In this document: positions 19,783 through 29,433 of the stretch, in pieces
Layout of the letters: the number at the start of each line of letters is the position of its first letter
Numbering within the stretch: the first letter of the stretch is position 1
Assembly: GCA_963707635.1 (NCBI GenBank)
Contig: OY970173.1
Location: forward strand, 2,336,001 to 2,400,000
From: Candidatus Latescibacterota bacterium
GTDB taxonomy: Bacteria; Krumholzibacteriota; Krumholzibacteriia; WVZY01; JAKEHA01
Direction of reading: 5' to 3'
Length of the DNA: 64,000 nucleotides
Position numbers and translations under genes: made by a program
The notes under the pieces: generated by a model
What the model saw: the letters and a program-made list of their open reading frames with translations, nothing else
The model's database searches: none
What the model was told of the DNA's origin: nothing

Positions 19783-21293
19783 GGGACGAACCACGCCAGC
19801 GCCGGGCCCAGTCCCCTTTCCGAGAGGATCGCGCGCACCCGCTCCCGCTCCTCGCCGGAAAGGACCCGCGCGCGCCGTGCGAGCCGGATATACACCCACA
19901 CCGCGACGCCGCCGGCCACGATCGTGAGCACCACTGGAGCGTGAACCAGGTTGAGCACAAAGGCGGGTGCGAGTGCCACGGCCGCGCACAGCGACGACTT
20001 TCCCAGTGCGTCGGCCATCTCCGCGGCGGCGGGCCGGATCGCGGCCAGGCGGATCGCCACCACCAGCTGCACCGCGCACGCCGACAGCTGCGCCACCCCC
20101 GTCCCCTCGAGTCCGATTCTGGGCACCAGTCCCAGCAGAAGAGTCACGTAGACGCCCGCCCAGGCGAGGTCACAATAGAGGGCGGCCCGCACCGCGTCCA
20201 GCGCCTTCATGACGCCCGTGAGCGGCGCCGCCATGGCGGACAGCGGAATCGACGCGGCGAGCAGCCACAGCGTCGTCTCCGCCCCGAGGTAGGCCCGGTT
20301 CGCGGCCAGGAGAATCAGCGCCTTCGAGTACACCACGATCGCGGCGCACGCGAACACGGACAGGAGCACGCTCGCCTTGAAGAACGCGCGGGTCGACAGC
20401 GCGACCACGTCGTCGCGCCCCTGCGCAGCGACGCGCGTCACCTCCGGTTGGAACGCGAGCACCGGCAACGCGAGGAACCGGTTCGCCATTCTGGCAATGC
20501 GCGACGCGACGTGAAACATCGACAGCGACTCGAGGGCGAGCACGTTCGAGAGCACCCAGCGGTCCACGTCGGTGAACGCGAGCGCCACCACGCTCAACCC
20601 CGCTGCGGCGACCCAGTACCGCGCCCACGGGCCCCCCGCCTCCGTCGGCGCGCGCGGCTCGACCTCCGAGCGCAGGCGCACACCGAACCACGGGAGCGCC
20701 ACCAGCGCGGTCAGCATGGACGTGACCCCCGTGATCTGAAACAGCCGGCTGATGGTCAGCGAGTCGCGCTCGACCGCCATCCATACCACCTGCAGCGCCA
20801 GCGCGACCGTCTCGAGCACCGTCTGCGACCCGAACCGGCGCAGGCCGTTGAACCCGCCGTAGAGCACCAGTTTCAGCGCCACCGCGAGGGTGGTGAGCGA
20901 GAACCACGCGAGCAACGCGGCGTCGGGCCCGCCCGCGACGTCGCGAAAAAACCGCTGCCGCATGGCCGCGAGGGCGATGAGCAGGACCCCGCACGCGAGA
21001 GCGGTGGACAGGATGGCCAGCACGGAGATCCGCACCGCCGCCGGGCGCGCCCCACGCGCGGCGTGTTCGGGGAGGAATCGAACCAGCACCTGCGGGAAGC
21101 CGTTGGCGGCGATCATCGATACCAGCAGCGAGAGCCCGCGCAGCGACGCGAACAGGCCGAACACGGTGAGCGACAGGTGCGCCGCGAGCAGCTTCATCTG
21201 CCCCAGTGTCAGCACGGTCGCGATCACGGTGGAAGCCGTGAGCGCGACCGTGTTGCCCACGAAGCGCGACGCGCCGCCGGGACGCGCCCTCAC
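19779..21293 (-). CDS. Wzx/MOP-superfamily oligosaccharide flippase
   Basis: About 12-14 hydrophobic segments, LAAHLSLTVFGLF, TDVDRWVLS...SMFHVASRI pattern typical of polysaccharide exporters. Confidence 0.78.
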   Translation of the reverse strand: MRARPGGASRFVGNTVALTASTVIATVLTLGQMKLLAAHLSLTVFGLFASLRGLSLLVSMIAANGFPQVLVRFLPEHAARGARPAAVRISVLAILSTALACGVLLIALAAMRQRFFRDVAGGPDAALLAWFSLTTLAVALKLVLYGGFNGLRRFGSQTVLETVALALQVVWMAVERDSLTISRLFQITGVTSMLTALVALPWFGVRLRSEVEPRAPTEAGGPWARYWVAAAGLSVVALAFTDVDRWVLSNVLALESLSMFHVASRIARMANRFLALPVLAFQPEVTRVAAQGRDDVVALSTRAFFKASVLLSVFACAAIVVYSKALILLAANRAYLGAETTLWLLAASIPLSAMAAPLTGVMKALDAVRAALYCDLAWAGVYVTLLLGLVPRIGLEGTGVAQLSACAVQLVVAIRLAAIRPAAAEMADALGKSSLCAAVALAPAFVLNLVHAPVVLTIVAGGVAVWVYIRLARRARVLSGEERERVRAILSERGLGPALAWFVP

Positions 21294-22246
21294 GCGGACC
21301 CTCCGCGCAGCGCGGCGGCCACCCGCGCCGCCAGCCGCCGTCGCCGGAACGTCGGGTATCGATACACCACGCCGCCGAGCGATTCCTTGTATTCGATCAG
21401 TGACGCCTTGCCCAGACTCGACCCGAGGTTGTAGGAGCGGTAACCCGCCTCGCACGCCTCGCGCATGCACGTCGCGTAGAGCAGCGTGCCCGCCTGGAGT
21501 TCTCCGCCGCGCGCGGACGCCATCCCGTACCACGCGATGACTTCGTCCTTATAATAGAAATTCAAATGCCCGCCCAGCAGCTCCTCGCCCTGGCACGCGA
21601 GGTAGAGTCGAACGCGCTCGCCTCCCCGCGACACCAGGCTCGTGAACAGCTGCTGCGGGTGCCCCTCGCCGCCGTCCCAGTCGCGCAGCCGTTCGCGATA
21701 GACGCCGAAGAAACGGATCACGTCGTGGAGTCCGTCGCCGCGCTCGACCACGATCCCCGCTTCCTCCGCGCGCCGCGCCCGCCGTCTCCGGGCCTTGTCG
21801 TAGCGCGAATTCCAGACCACGTCGAACCCGCCGGTCATGTCGACCACGTGGGTTTCGCTCGCGATCGCACCCGCGGATCCGTCGCCGCGCGCATTCCGGA
21901 AGTCGACCCACCCGATTTCGATCACGCCCGGCCGCGACAGTTGCCGGCGATACGCGCGCAACAATTCCTCGCAGGCGGTATCGTCCGAGCGACCCACGGG
22001 CCCGCCGTAGGTCCCGAACGGCAGCGACCACAGGACCGAGAAGGGCCCGCGGCGCGACACGAAATAGGGAAGGTAGGCGACGGCTGCTTCCCCGTCGCGG
22101 GCCACCAGGCACCGGAGGCGCAGGCGCGGATAGGCCTCGGCGAAGGACAACAGCCACGCGCTGGTGTGGTAGAACGTCGCGAGCGGTGATGCGTCCGCCA
22201 CCGCGTCCAGCTCCGCCGGAAACGTGTCGAGCAGGTCGATCTTCAT
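21290..22246 (-). CDS. GNAT-fold, FemAB-related acyl/aminoacyl transferase
   Basis: ATFYHTSAW, SLPFGTYGG, ARRRRARRA, YNLGSS...LIEYKESLGG; tandem GNAT size (318 aa). Confidence 0.75.
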   Translation of the reverse strand: MKIDLLDTFPAELDAVADASPLATFYHTSAWLLSFAEAYPRLRLRCLVARDGEAAVAYLPYFVSRRGPFSVLWSLPFGTYGGPVGRSDDTACEELLRAYRRQLSRPGVIEIGWVDFRNARGDGSAGAIASETHVVDMTGGFDVVWNSRYDKARRRRARRAEEAGIVVERGDGLHDVIRFFGVYRERLRDWDGGEGHPQQLFTSLVSRGGERVRLYLACQGEELLGGHLNFYYKDEVIAWYGMASARGGELQAGTLLYATCMREACEAGYRSYNLGSSLGKASLIEYKESLGGVVYRYPTFRRRRLAARVAAALRGGSA

Positions 22247-22249
22247 CGG

Positions 22250-23467
22250 TCACCCGGCGCGGAAGTAGTCCACGATCCGCTGCACCGACTCGGCGACGTC
22301 GCGGATGTCGTCCGCCGTCATGTCGGGAAAGATCGGGAGCGAAATACAGCGCGAATAGTAGTCGTCGCTGCGCGCGAGTCCGGGCGCCTCGCCGAGGTAG
22401 CCCCGGAAGAACGGGTGGTGGTGGATCGGGATGAAGTGCACCGAGCTGCCGATCTTCTCGGCGCGCAGGGCCTGGATGAACTCGTCGCGCCCGATGCGGA
22501 GCGCCTCGAGCCGGAGGCGAATCACGTACAGGTGCCACGTGTGCCAGTTGCCGGCGCGCTCCCGGGGCAGTTCGATCGCCGCGCACCCCGCGAGCGCGCC
22601 GGTGAGCGCATCCGCCGCCGCCCGCCGCTTCTCGAGCAGCGCGTCGATCTTGGCCAGCTGCGTGAGTCCGAGCGCGGCGTGCACGTCGCTCAGGTTGCAC
22701 TTGAAGCCGGGAATCTCGACCTGGTAGAACCACGACCCCTTGTCGGAGTAGCGGCTCCAGCTGTCCCGCGACATGCCGTGGTAGCCGAGGAGGCGAAGTC
22801 GCTGCGCGAGCGCGTCGTCGTCGGTCGTCAGCGCCCCGCCCTCCGCCGTGGTCAGGTTCTTGGTCGCGTAGAAACTGAACGCGGTCGCGCGCCCGAACCC
22901 GCCGAGCAGCCGGCCGCCGGCGCGCGCGCCGAAGGAGTGCGCCGCATCCTCGAGCACGTCGAGCCCGCGTCGCTGCGCGAGGGCGACGATCTCTTCGATA
23001 CGGCACGCCTGCCCGCCGAAGTGCACGGGCAGAATCGCTTTCGTTCGCGGCGTGATGCGACGCTCCACGTCCACGGGGTCGACGCCGAAGGTTTCGGTTT
23101 CGATGTCGGCCAGCACCGGGGTCGCGCCGTTGTGGATGATGGCGTGCACCGTGGAGGCGAAAGTGATCGGCGAGGTGATGACCTCGTCGCCGGGGCCGAC
23201 GCCGAGTGCCCGCAGCCCGATCAGCATCGCCTCGCTGCACGAGCTGACGGCGATCGCGTGGGCGGTGCCGAGGTAGTCGCGCAGCCGGTTCTCCAGCTCG
23301 AGCGCGCGCGGGCCCGAGGTGAGCCAGCCCGAACGCAGGGCGTCGGCCACGCCGGCGATGTCGTCCTCGCCCACCGCCGCGCGAAAAAACGGCAGGGGCT
23401 GCGACCGGACCGGCGTTCCGCCCGCGATCGCGGGGGTGCGGGCGCCACGCGGCGAGCTTGCCGTCAT
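22250..23467 (-). CDS. DegT/DnrJ/EryC1/StrS family PLP-dependent sugar aminotransferase
   Basis: SGWLTSGP, PVHFGG, EDAAHSFG, FSFYATKNLTTAEGG (PLP lysine), ISLPIFP. Confidence 0.93.
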   Translation of the reverse strand: MTASSPRGARTPAIAGGTPVRSQPLPFFRAAVGEDDIAGVADALRSGWLTSGPRALELENRLRDYLGTAHAIAVSSCSEAMLIGLRALGVGPGDEVITSPITFASTVHAIIHNGATPVLADIETETFGVDPVDVERRITPRTKAILPVHFGGQACRIEEIVALAQRRGLDVLEDAAHSFGARAGGRLLGGFGRATAFSFYATKNLTTAEGGALTTDDDALAQRLRLLGYHGMSRDSWSRYSDKGSWFYQVEIPGFKCNLSDVHAALGLTQLAKIDALLEKRRAAADALTGALAGCAAIELPRERAGNWHTWHLYVIRLRLEALRIGRDEFIQALRAEKIGSSVHFIPIHHHPFFRGYLGEAPGLARSDDYYSRCISLPIFPDMTADDIRDVAESVQRIVDYFRAG

Positions 23468-24912
23468 GGCTTCCCGCTCCGGTCGGCCGGCGCCGGCGCG
23501 GAGAGCTCCGCGTCGGGAATCACGCGCGTGAGCTCAGCGCGGATGCCGGCGCCGTCTCCCGCCCCGGCCAGGCGTTCCAGCGCGCCGAGACTGCGGGAGA
23601 GTTCGGCCGCGTTCGGCAGCACCGGCACCGCCCGCAGGATGTGTTCGTTGCGCGACGGTGTGGCGGTCTCTCCCTCCGCCACCAGCGCCTCGTGGAGCTT
23701 CTCGCCGGGCCGCAGCCCCGTGTACTGGATGCGCACGTCCGCCCCCGCCTTGAGGCCATGGAGCGCGATCAGGTCGCGCGCGAGTTCCGCGATCCGTATC
23801 GGCTCGCCCATCTTGAGAATGAAGATCTCCCCGCCCTCTCCCATCAGCGAGGCCTGCACGACCAGCAGGCACGCCTCCTTGACCGACATGAAGAAACGGG
23901 TGGCGTCCTCGTGACTCACGGTCACCGGCCCGCCCGCGCGAATCTGACTCACGAACAACGGCACCACGCTGCCGCGGCTGGCGAGCACGTTGCCGAAGCG
24001 CACGGTGATGAGCCTGGGAGCCCCCGGCGAGCCGTTGCGCGCCGCCACCAGGTATTCGGCGAAGCGCTTGGTGGCGCCCATGACCCCGCGCGGCCCCACC
24101 GCCTTGTCGGTCGAGAGCATCACCACCCGCGATACGCGCGCGGCCGTGGCCGCGTCGATCACGTTGCGGGTGCCGAGAATGTTGTTCTTTACCGCTTCGG
24201 CGGGAAACGCCTCCATATAATGGACGTGCTTGTGGGCCGCCGCGTGGTAAACGACATCGGGCCGGTGCTCGAGGAAGGACCGTTCGAGGGCGCCGGGGTC
24301 GCGCACGTCGATGATGGCCGGTGCCACGTCGCGAGCCGGGTGGCGCACGCGCAGCTCGTGCTCGATCTCGTAGATCTGATTCTCGCCCCGGCCCAGCAGC
24401 ACCAGGCGCTTCACGTCGAAGCGCGCGACCTGCCGGCAGATCTCGCCGCCGATGGAACCGCCGGCTCCGGTCACCAGCACGGTGCGCCCGCGCAGGAACC
24501 GTTCGATCTCCTGCTCGTCGAACTCGACCGTCTCCCGGCCCAGCAGATCCTCCGGGCGCACGTCGCGAATCTGTTCCAGATGCACCGGGCCCTTGATGAT
24601 CTCGAGCAGGCCCGGCGCGATGCGGTACGGCACCCCCGAGTCGCGGCACAGCGCCACCATCCGCCGCACGAACTCGCGCCCGGCGGAGGGCACGGCGATC
24701 AGCACCTCGTCGGCGCGTTCGCTGCGCACCCGCGCCGGCAGATCGGCGGTGACCCCGAGCACGGGAACACCGTCGACGGTGGCAGCGTGCAGCGTCGGGG
24801 CGTCGTCCAGGAACCCAACCACGGCGTACTGGTCCGGCGCGCGGTTCAAGATCTCCCGCGCGAGCATGCGGCCGGCTTCCCCGGCACCCACAATCAAGAG
24901 TCGTCTGGTCAT
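23464..24912 (-). CDS. UDP-GlcNAc 4,6-dehydratase (CapD/PglF/WbpM-like), lacking the N-terminal TM region
   Basis: GAGEAG, EDLLGR, TGAGGSIG, AAHKHV, STDKAV, MGATK, RFGNVLASRGSV, GLRPGEKLHE. Confidence 0.9.
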   Translation of the reverse strand: MTRRLLIVGAGEAGRMLAREILNRAPDQYAVVGFLDDAPTLHAATVDGVPVLGVTADLPARVRSERADEVLIAVPSAGREFVRRMVALCRDSGVPYRIAPGLLEIIKGPVHLEQIRDVRPEDLLGRETVEFDEQEIERFLRGRTVLVTGAGGSIGGEICRQVARFDVKRLVLLGRGENQIYEIEHELRVRHPARDVAPAIIDVRDPGALERSFLEHRPDVVYHAAAHKHVHYMEAFPAEAVKNNILGTRNVIDAATAARVSRVVMLSTDKAVGPRGVMGATKRFAEYLVAARNGSPGAPRLITVRFGNVLASRGSVVPLFVSQIRAGGPVTVSHEDATRFFMSVKEACLLVVQASLMGEGGEIFILKMGEPIRIAELARDLIALHGLKAGADVRIQYTGLRPGEKLHEALVAEGETATPSRNEHILRAVPVLPNAAELSRSLGALERLAGAGDGAGIRAELTRVIPDAELSAPAPADRSGKP

Positions 24913-24922
24913 GAAGGCCGCG

Positions 24923-27307
24923 TCAGCGGATGACGGCGATCGGCCGGGTGACCGATCCGCCGGAACTCGCGATGCGCACGATGTACTTGCCGCTGCCCAC
25001 CAGGAATCCGCTCCGGTCGGTCAGGTCCCATATCACGTCTCCCGACGCCTGCGCCGACTGGGTATGCACCAGCTCGCCTTCGAGGTTGTAGACCTCGATC
25101 GTCACCGGCCCGGGCAGGTTCTCGATCTTGAGCGTGGTCTGCCCGCGGCTTCCGTAAACCGGGTTCGGGTACACGTAGACGTTCGACACGTCGCTGCTGA
25201 CCGCCTGCGTCGCGGTGGCGTCGTAGATCGAGAGACCGCCAAACGTCCCGATGTAGATGATGTTCCTGGTGCGATGGAGTGCGAGGCTCCGGCAGTCCGC
25301 GTGCGCGAGCGGCGAAATCACGCTCAGCGGGTAGCGAAGGCCCGACAGCGCGACGAAGCCCGCCGCGGTCGTGAACGCCTGGATGTCGTTCTCGTCGTCG
25401 CGCGCGATGCGATTGAGACCGGAGGTGGTGGCCACCCAGAGATTCTCGTCGTGGTCGAGGAGGACGTCGAACACCCCCGGGCTCAAGATACCGGCTCCGA
25501 TTCCGATGTAGACCGGAATCTCGCGCAAGGAACTCTCCCGGGGCGGTGGGAACTGGTTGTATCGGAACAGCCCGGCGGAGGTGGCGATCCAGAGGATCCC
25601 GTCGCTGCGGACCGCGAGCGCACGGATGTCCGCCGACGTCGGCAGGTCCCCGCCCGCGATCGCCGTGTTCCAGAAGTCGTCCGCCAGATTCGAGAGCTCG
25701 GACCACGCGTAGCCCTGATGGTACCACCGCTGAATACCCGCCGTGCGCGTCGCCACGTAGGCGAAGTCGCGGGACGCGGGATCGCTGGGAAACGCGACGT
25801 CCACAACGTCGCCCGAAATCATCTCCGCGTCGTTGGCCGGCGACTTCTGGAGCCACGCGCTCTTGTCCTTGCTCAAGACGTCGATTCCCTGCCAGCCCTG
25901 CGAGGCGAGCATCGAGACGTCGCCCAGGAACCAGCGGTTTCCGGCCGGGTCCTCCCTCGCCCGCTGAAAGCTGAGCGACCCGAGCCCGTCCCCGCCCCCG
26001 GAGCCGATGGTGTGCCGCGTCCACACGTCGTTGGCGTAGCTCGCGTCGAGACCGTCGTCGAACTCGTCGAGGGTGTTGGTCGTCTTGCTCAACGTGCAGA
26101 ACCACTTCCGCCCGTCGGAGTCCGCGAGAAAGGCCAGGTTCGCGTACTGGTTGGACGGGAGCTGGTTCGCGGGCAACAGCGGTGAGTTGTAGTTGACCCA
26201 GGTGCCGGCGGGAGTGAGCTTGCCGACGTAAAAGTTGAAAAACGACGCCCACACCGACCCGTCGGTGTCCACGGTCAGGCGCAGGACGTTGTTGGCCCCT
26301 GCCCCGTTCGGGAACAGGTTCGTCACCCGGGCGCCGTCGTAGCGCAGCAGGTTGACCCCGCGCCGGTCGGTGGGCTCCACACCGCCCATGTAGGCGTCCC
26401 CGTTTGACGAGAGCCCCAGCCCGCGCATGAGGATCGCGTTCGTGCCGCTCGAAGTGTTGTAGCGGGTGGTCAGGCTGTCGACGCGAACCTGGGCCCACGT
26501 CTGTCCCGCCCCGCTATAATGGAACAGGTTGCGCGTGCTCCCCGCCCACATGCTGCCGTCCCACGCGAACGAGTAGATCCGGAACCCGGCCGGACCCACG
26601 TCGGTCCAGGAACTGTTGGACGGATCGAAGCGCCGAACACCGCTGTCCGTCCCGACCCACACGGTCGATCCGTCGGTGCCGAGCACGTTGGCTTCGGCCG
26701 GCGCGCCGGGAACGAGGCTGATGAGTCCCAGCCGGTCGAGAGCCGCTACGCCGCCGTCGGTCGCCATCCAGACCGTATTCCCCACCGGGAGCACATCCAG
26801 CACGTCGTCCGCGGGGAGCCCGTCGCGGGCGTAGTAGCGCGCCGCCGCGAAGTCGTTGCGAATGATTCCCGCCCCCGGGCTCGACCCGTACACGATGTCG
26901 CTGCCCCAGAGGGCGATCGAGTTCACCCGGCTGCCGGCGATGCCGTCGATCTGTTCCGAAAGCGAGCGCAGCAAGGTGAGGCGGCCGTTCACGAGCCGGA
27001 CCTTGGCGACCCCGATGTCATCGGTCCCGATGTAGATGTCGCCATCGGCGTCGAACACGAGGCAGTTGAGCGCATTCGAGGGCAGCCCGGTGGCGTTGTC
27101 GTACTGCTCGAACCGGCCGGTGGCGACGTCGTACAAGAGCAGGCCCCCGAACGTCGTCATATAGAGGACGTCGTCGCGCGACACGATCTCGGTGATCATG
27201 CTGGCGTCGATGTGGTTTTCCCACTGCGCCGCCTGCGCGCCGCCGACGGCGCCGAGGCACGCGACCAGCGCCGCCGAACGCGCGAGTTTGATCCAGATAC
27301 CGCGCAC
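24923..27307 (-). CDS. Secreted beta-propeller protein, PorZ-like, with T9SS-type/FlgD-Ig C-terminal domain
   Basis: GTG 27307 with GGAGGG RBS; signal peptide ending AQA; QWENH..., repeated GLPSN/DGLP..DV/IWIAT..GL propeller blades; C-terminal VYVYPNPV...IEVYNLEGELV...WDLTDRSG..VGSGKYIVRI...IAVIR. Confidence 0.75.
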   Translation of the reverse strand: MRGIWIKLARSAALVACLGAVGGAQAAQWENHIDASMITEIVSRDDVLYMTTFGGLLLYDVATGRFEQYDNATGLPSNALNCLVFDADGDIYIGTDDIGVAKVRLVNGRLTLLRSLSEQIDGIAGSRVNSIALWGSDIVYGSSPGAGIIRNDFAAARYYARDGLPADDVLDVLPVGNTVWMATDGGVAALDRLGLISLVPGAPAEANVLGTDGSTVWVGTDSGVRRFDPSNSSWTDVGPAGFRIYSFAWDGSMWAGSTRNLFHYSGAGQTWAQVRVDSLTTRYNTSSGTNAILMRGLGLSSNGDAYMGGVEPTDRRGVNLLRYDGARVTNLFPNGAGANNVLRLTVDTDGSVWASFFNFYVGKLTPAGTWVNYNSPLLPANQLPSNQYANLAFLADSDGRKWFCTLSKTTNTLDEFDDGLDASYANDVWTRHTIGSGGGDGLGSLSFQRAREDPAGNRWFLGDVSMLASQGWQGIDVLSKDKSAWLQKSPANDAEMISGDVVDVAFPSDPASRDFAYVATRTAGIQRWYHQGYAWSELSNLADDFWNTAIAGGDLPTSADIRALAVRSDGILWIATSAGLFRYNQFPPPRESSLREIPVYIGIGAGILSPGVFDVLLDHDENLWVATTSGLNRIARDDENDIQAFTTAAGFVALSGLRYPLSVISPLAHADCRSLALHRTRNIIYIGTFGGLSIYDATATQAVSSDVSNVYVYPNPVYGSRGQTTLKIENLPGPVTIEVYNLEGELVHTQSAQASGDVIWDLTDRSGFLVGSGKYIVRIASSGGSVTRPIAVIR

Positions 27308-27309
27308 CG

Positions 27310-29430
27310 CTAGCCCTCCGCGGGTTCCTGCCCGCCCACCACGATGTCGAGCACGCGCCGGCGACCGCGCAGCATGCGTCCAAACGAGCCCACCAGGATT
27401 TTCGCGTCGCCCTCGAGCGACCAGTTCTGCACGTAGGCGGCGTCCTGGACCAGGAGGTCGTCGCGTTCGAGCGACGCCGGGCCCATCCGCCAGTAGCCGG
27501 TGACGCCGGGGCGCGCGTCGAAGCGGACGCGACCGACGCGTCCGACGTGCACGGCGTCCTCCGCGCGCAACGGATACGGGCCTACTACACTCATCTTGCC
27601 GATGACGACCAACCAGAACAGGGGAAGGTTCACGAAGTCGGACGGCCCGTCCGCTCGGCCGATTCCGGCCACCGGGACGGCGAGGGGCTCTCCGCGGGCG
27701 CCGATGCGTTCCTCCACGGCGAAGGGCTTCCTCGCCCGGGTGAACGCGTAGAGCGAGTATAACACATAGCACGGAAGCGCCACCACGGCGAAGGCCCCCC
27801 CGGCGATCAGGTCGAGCGCGCGCTTGGCGAACCGGTCCAGCAGGTAGCGCGTGTCGCGCGGGTAGAAGATCACCGGACGCCCCTGCAGGTCGGTAACGCG
27901 CGCCTGATGAAACACCAGTCCCGCGTAATCCATCAGAACGGTGACGTCGATCACGCGCCGCCGGCCCATGGCCACCAGTTCCGCGAGGATCTCGTCGCCC
28001 ACCGCACCCGGCAGCACGATCACGTGCTGGATGCGGTAGCGCTCGACGATGCGCTCGATGTCGTCGATCGCACCCAGGGTGCCGGTCAGGATCTCGTCGC
28101 TCTGTCCGCTGGTATCGACGACGCCGACCACGTCGAATCCCAGGGCGTCGTTCTGGGAGAGTTTGAGCTCGACCTCGCGGGCGCGCGCCTTCGGGCCCAC
28201 CACGCACGCGCGCTTCAGATCCACCTTGTAGGCCAGCAGTCCGCGGTGCAGCCGGCGCACACCGGAGCGCAGCAGCCAGTCGTAGAGGATGGCGAACGGC
28301 ACCAGAAACGCCACCACCATGCGCGAATAGGTCCGAATCTGGCTCAAATAGGTACTGGTCATGAGCAGGATCGACGCGAACGCGATGCCCTTGCCGATGG
28401 CGAAGAGCTCGTCGGTGGACTTGGTCTCGCGGCGAATACGGTAGAGGCCGATGGCGGCAAACGTGAACACGAACAGCAGGTTCTCGAACACCACGAAACG
28501 CTGGTACGCCCGGGCGGGGAAGATCGGGTTGGTGAAAATGTCGGCGAGCGCCACCCGCAGGTAGTACGCGGAGAGAAACGCCGCGTTGAACGCCGCCAGG
28601 TCGAGGAGCAGGAACAGCAGCACCTTCGCCACCTCGCGGTAGCGCTTGAACAGGTAGAAGACCGCGTTCCATTTCTCGTAGTAGCGAAACAGGCTCACCA
28701 GGTGCGCGACGAACGAGCGGTTGAGGACGGTCTGCGCGCTCTCGCGCTTGTACCCGTGCTCGATCACCGCGTCGGCGAGGTAGTAGACCTTGAGCCCCTT
28801 CTGCTTCATCCGGTAACACCAGTCGACGTCCTCGAAGTAGAGAAAGAAGCGCTCGTCCATCATGCCCACGCTCTCGACCGCGTCGCGGCGCACGAACATG
28901 GCCGCCCCCAGCACCCAGTCCACTTCCCGCGTCGAGGCGTGGTCGAAATCGAGCATCAGGTGATCGCGGACGGGGCGCGCGTTCTTGAAGATTCGTCCGA
29001 GTGGGGTGCGCCGCAGCAGCAGCACGGTGAAGGTGTAGAAGCGCCGGCACGAGAGCTGGACGGTGCCGTCGTGAAACACCAGTTTCGGCCCGACGATGCC
29101 GGCGCCCGGGTTCTTCTCCGCGAAGTCCAGCAGGCGGTGGATCGCGCCGCGCCGCACCACCGTGTCCGGGTTGAGGATCAGCAGGTAGCGCCCGCGGGCC
29201 CGCCGGATGCCCGCGTTGACCCCCTTGGAGTAGCCCAGATTCTCCCGCCCCGCCACCACCGTGACCCACGGGAATTCCCGCTTCACCGTTTGCACGGTGT
29301 CGTCGGCGCTGGCGTTGTCGACCACGATGACTTCCAGCACTCCGGCCGCCGCGTCCGCGGCGAGGGACTCCAGGCACGCCCGGATTACGCGCGCGCTGTT
29401 GTAACCGACGATGACGACGGAAACCTGCAC
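27310..29430 (-). CDS. Fusion of a GT2 (rhamnosyltransferase-like) domain and a WcaJ/WbaP-like sugar transferase with a degenerate catalytic domain
   Basis: N-terminal VVDNASAD, LLILNPD, DERFFLYFEDVDWC; 4 TMs; Rossmann-like linker; C-terminal AKRALD...GKMSVVGPYP...RPGVTG...YVQNWSL..D.KIL. Confidence 0.8.
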   Translation of the reverse strand: MQVSVVIVGYNSARVIRACLESLAADAAAGVLEVIVVDNASADDTVQTVKREFPWVTVVAGRENLGYSKGVNAGIRRARGRYLLILNPDTVVRRGAIHRLLDFAEKNPGAGIVGPKLVFHDGTVQLSCRRFYTFTVLLLRRTPLGRIFKNARPVRDHLMLDFDHASTREVDWVLGAAMFVRRDAVESVGMMDERFFLYFEDVDWCYRMKQKGLKVYYLADAVIEHGYKRESAQTVLNRSFVAHLVSLFRYYEKWNAVFYLFKRYREVAKVLLFLLLDLAAFNAAFLSAYYLRVALADIFTNPIFPARAYQRFVVFENLLFVFTFAAIGLYRIRRETKSTDELFAIGKGIAFASILLMTSTYLSQIRTYSRMVVAFLVPFAILYDWLLRSGVRRLHRGLLAYKVDLKRACVVGPKARAREVELKLSQNDALGFDVVGVVDTSGQSDEILTGTLGAIDDIERIVERYRIQHVIVLPGAVGDEILAELVAMGRRRVIDVTVLMDYAGLVFHQARVTDLQGRPVIFYPRDTRYLLDRFAKRALDLIAGGAFAVVALPCYVLYSLYAFTRARKPFAVEERIGARGEPLAVPVAGIGRADGPSDFVNLPLFWLVVIGKMSVVGPYPLRAEDAVHVGRVGRVRFDARPGVTGYWRMGPASLERDDLLVQDAAYVQNWSLEGDAKILVGSFGRMLRGRRRVLDIVVGGQEPAEG

Positions 29431-29433
29431 GGG

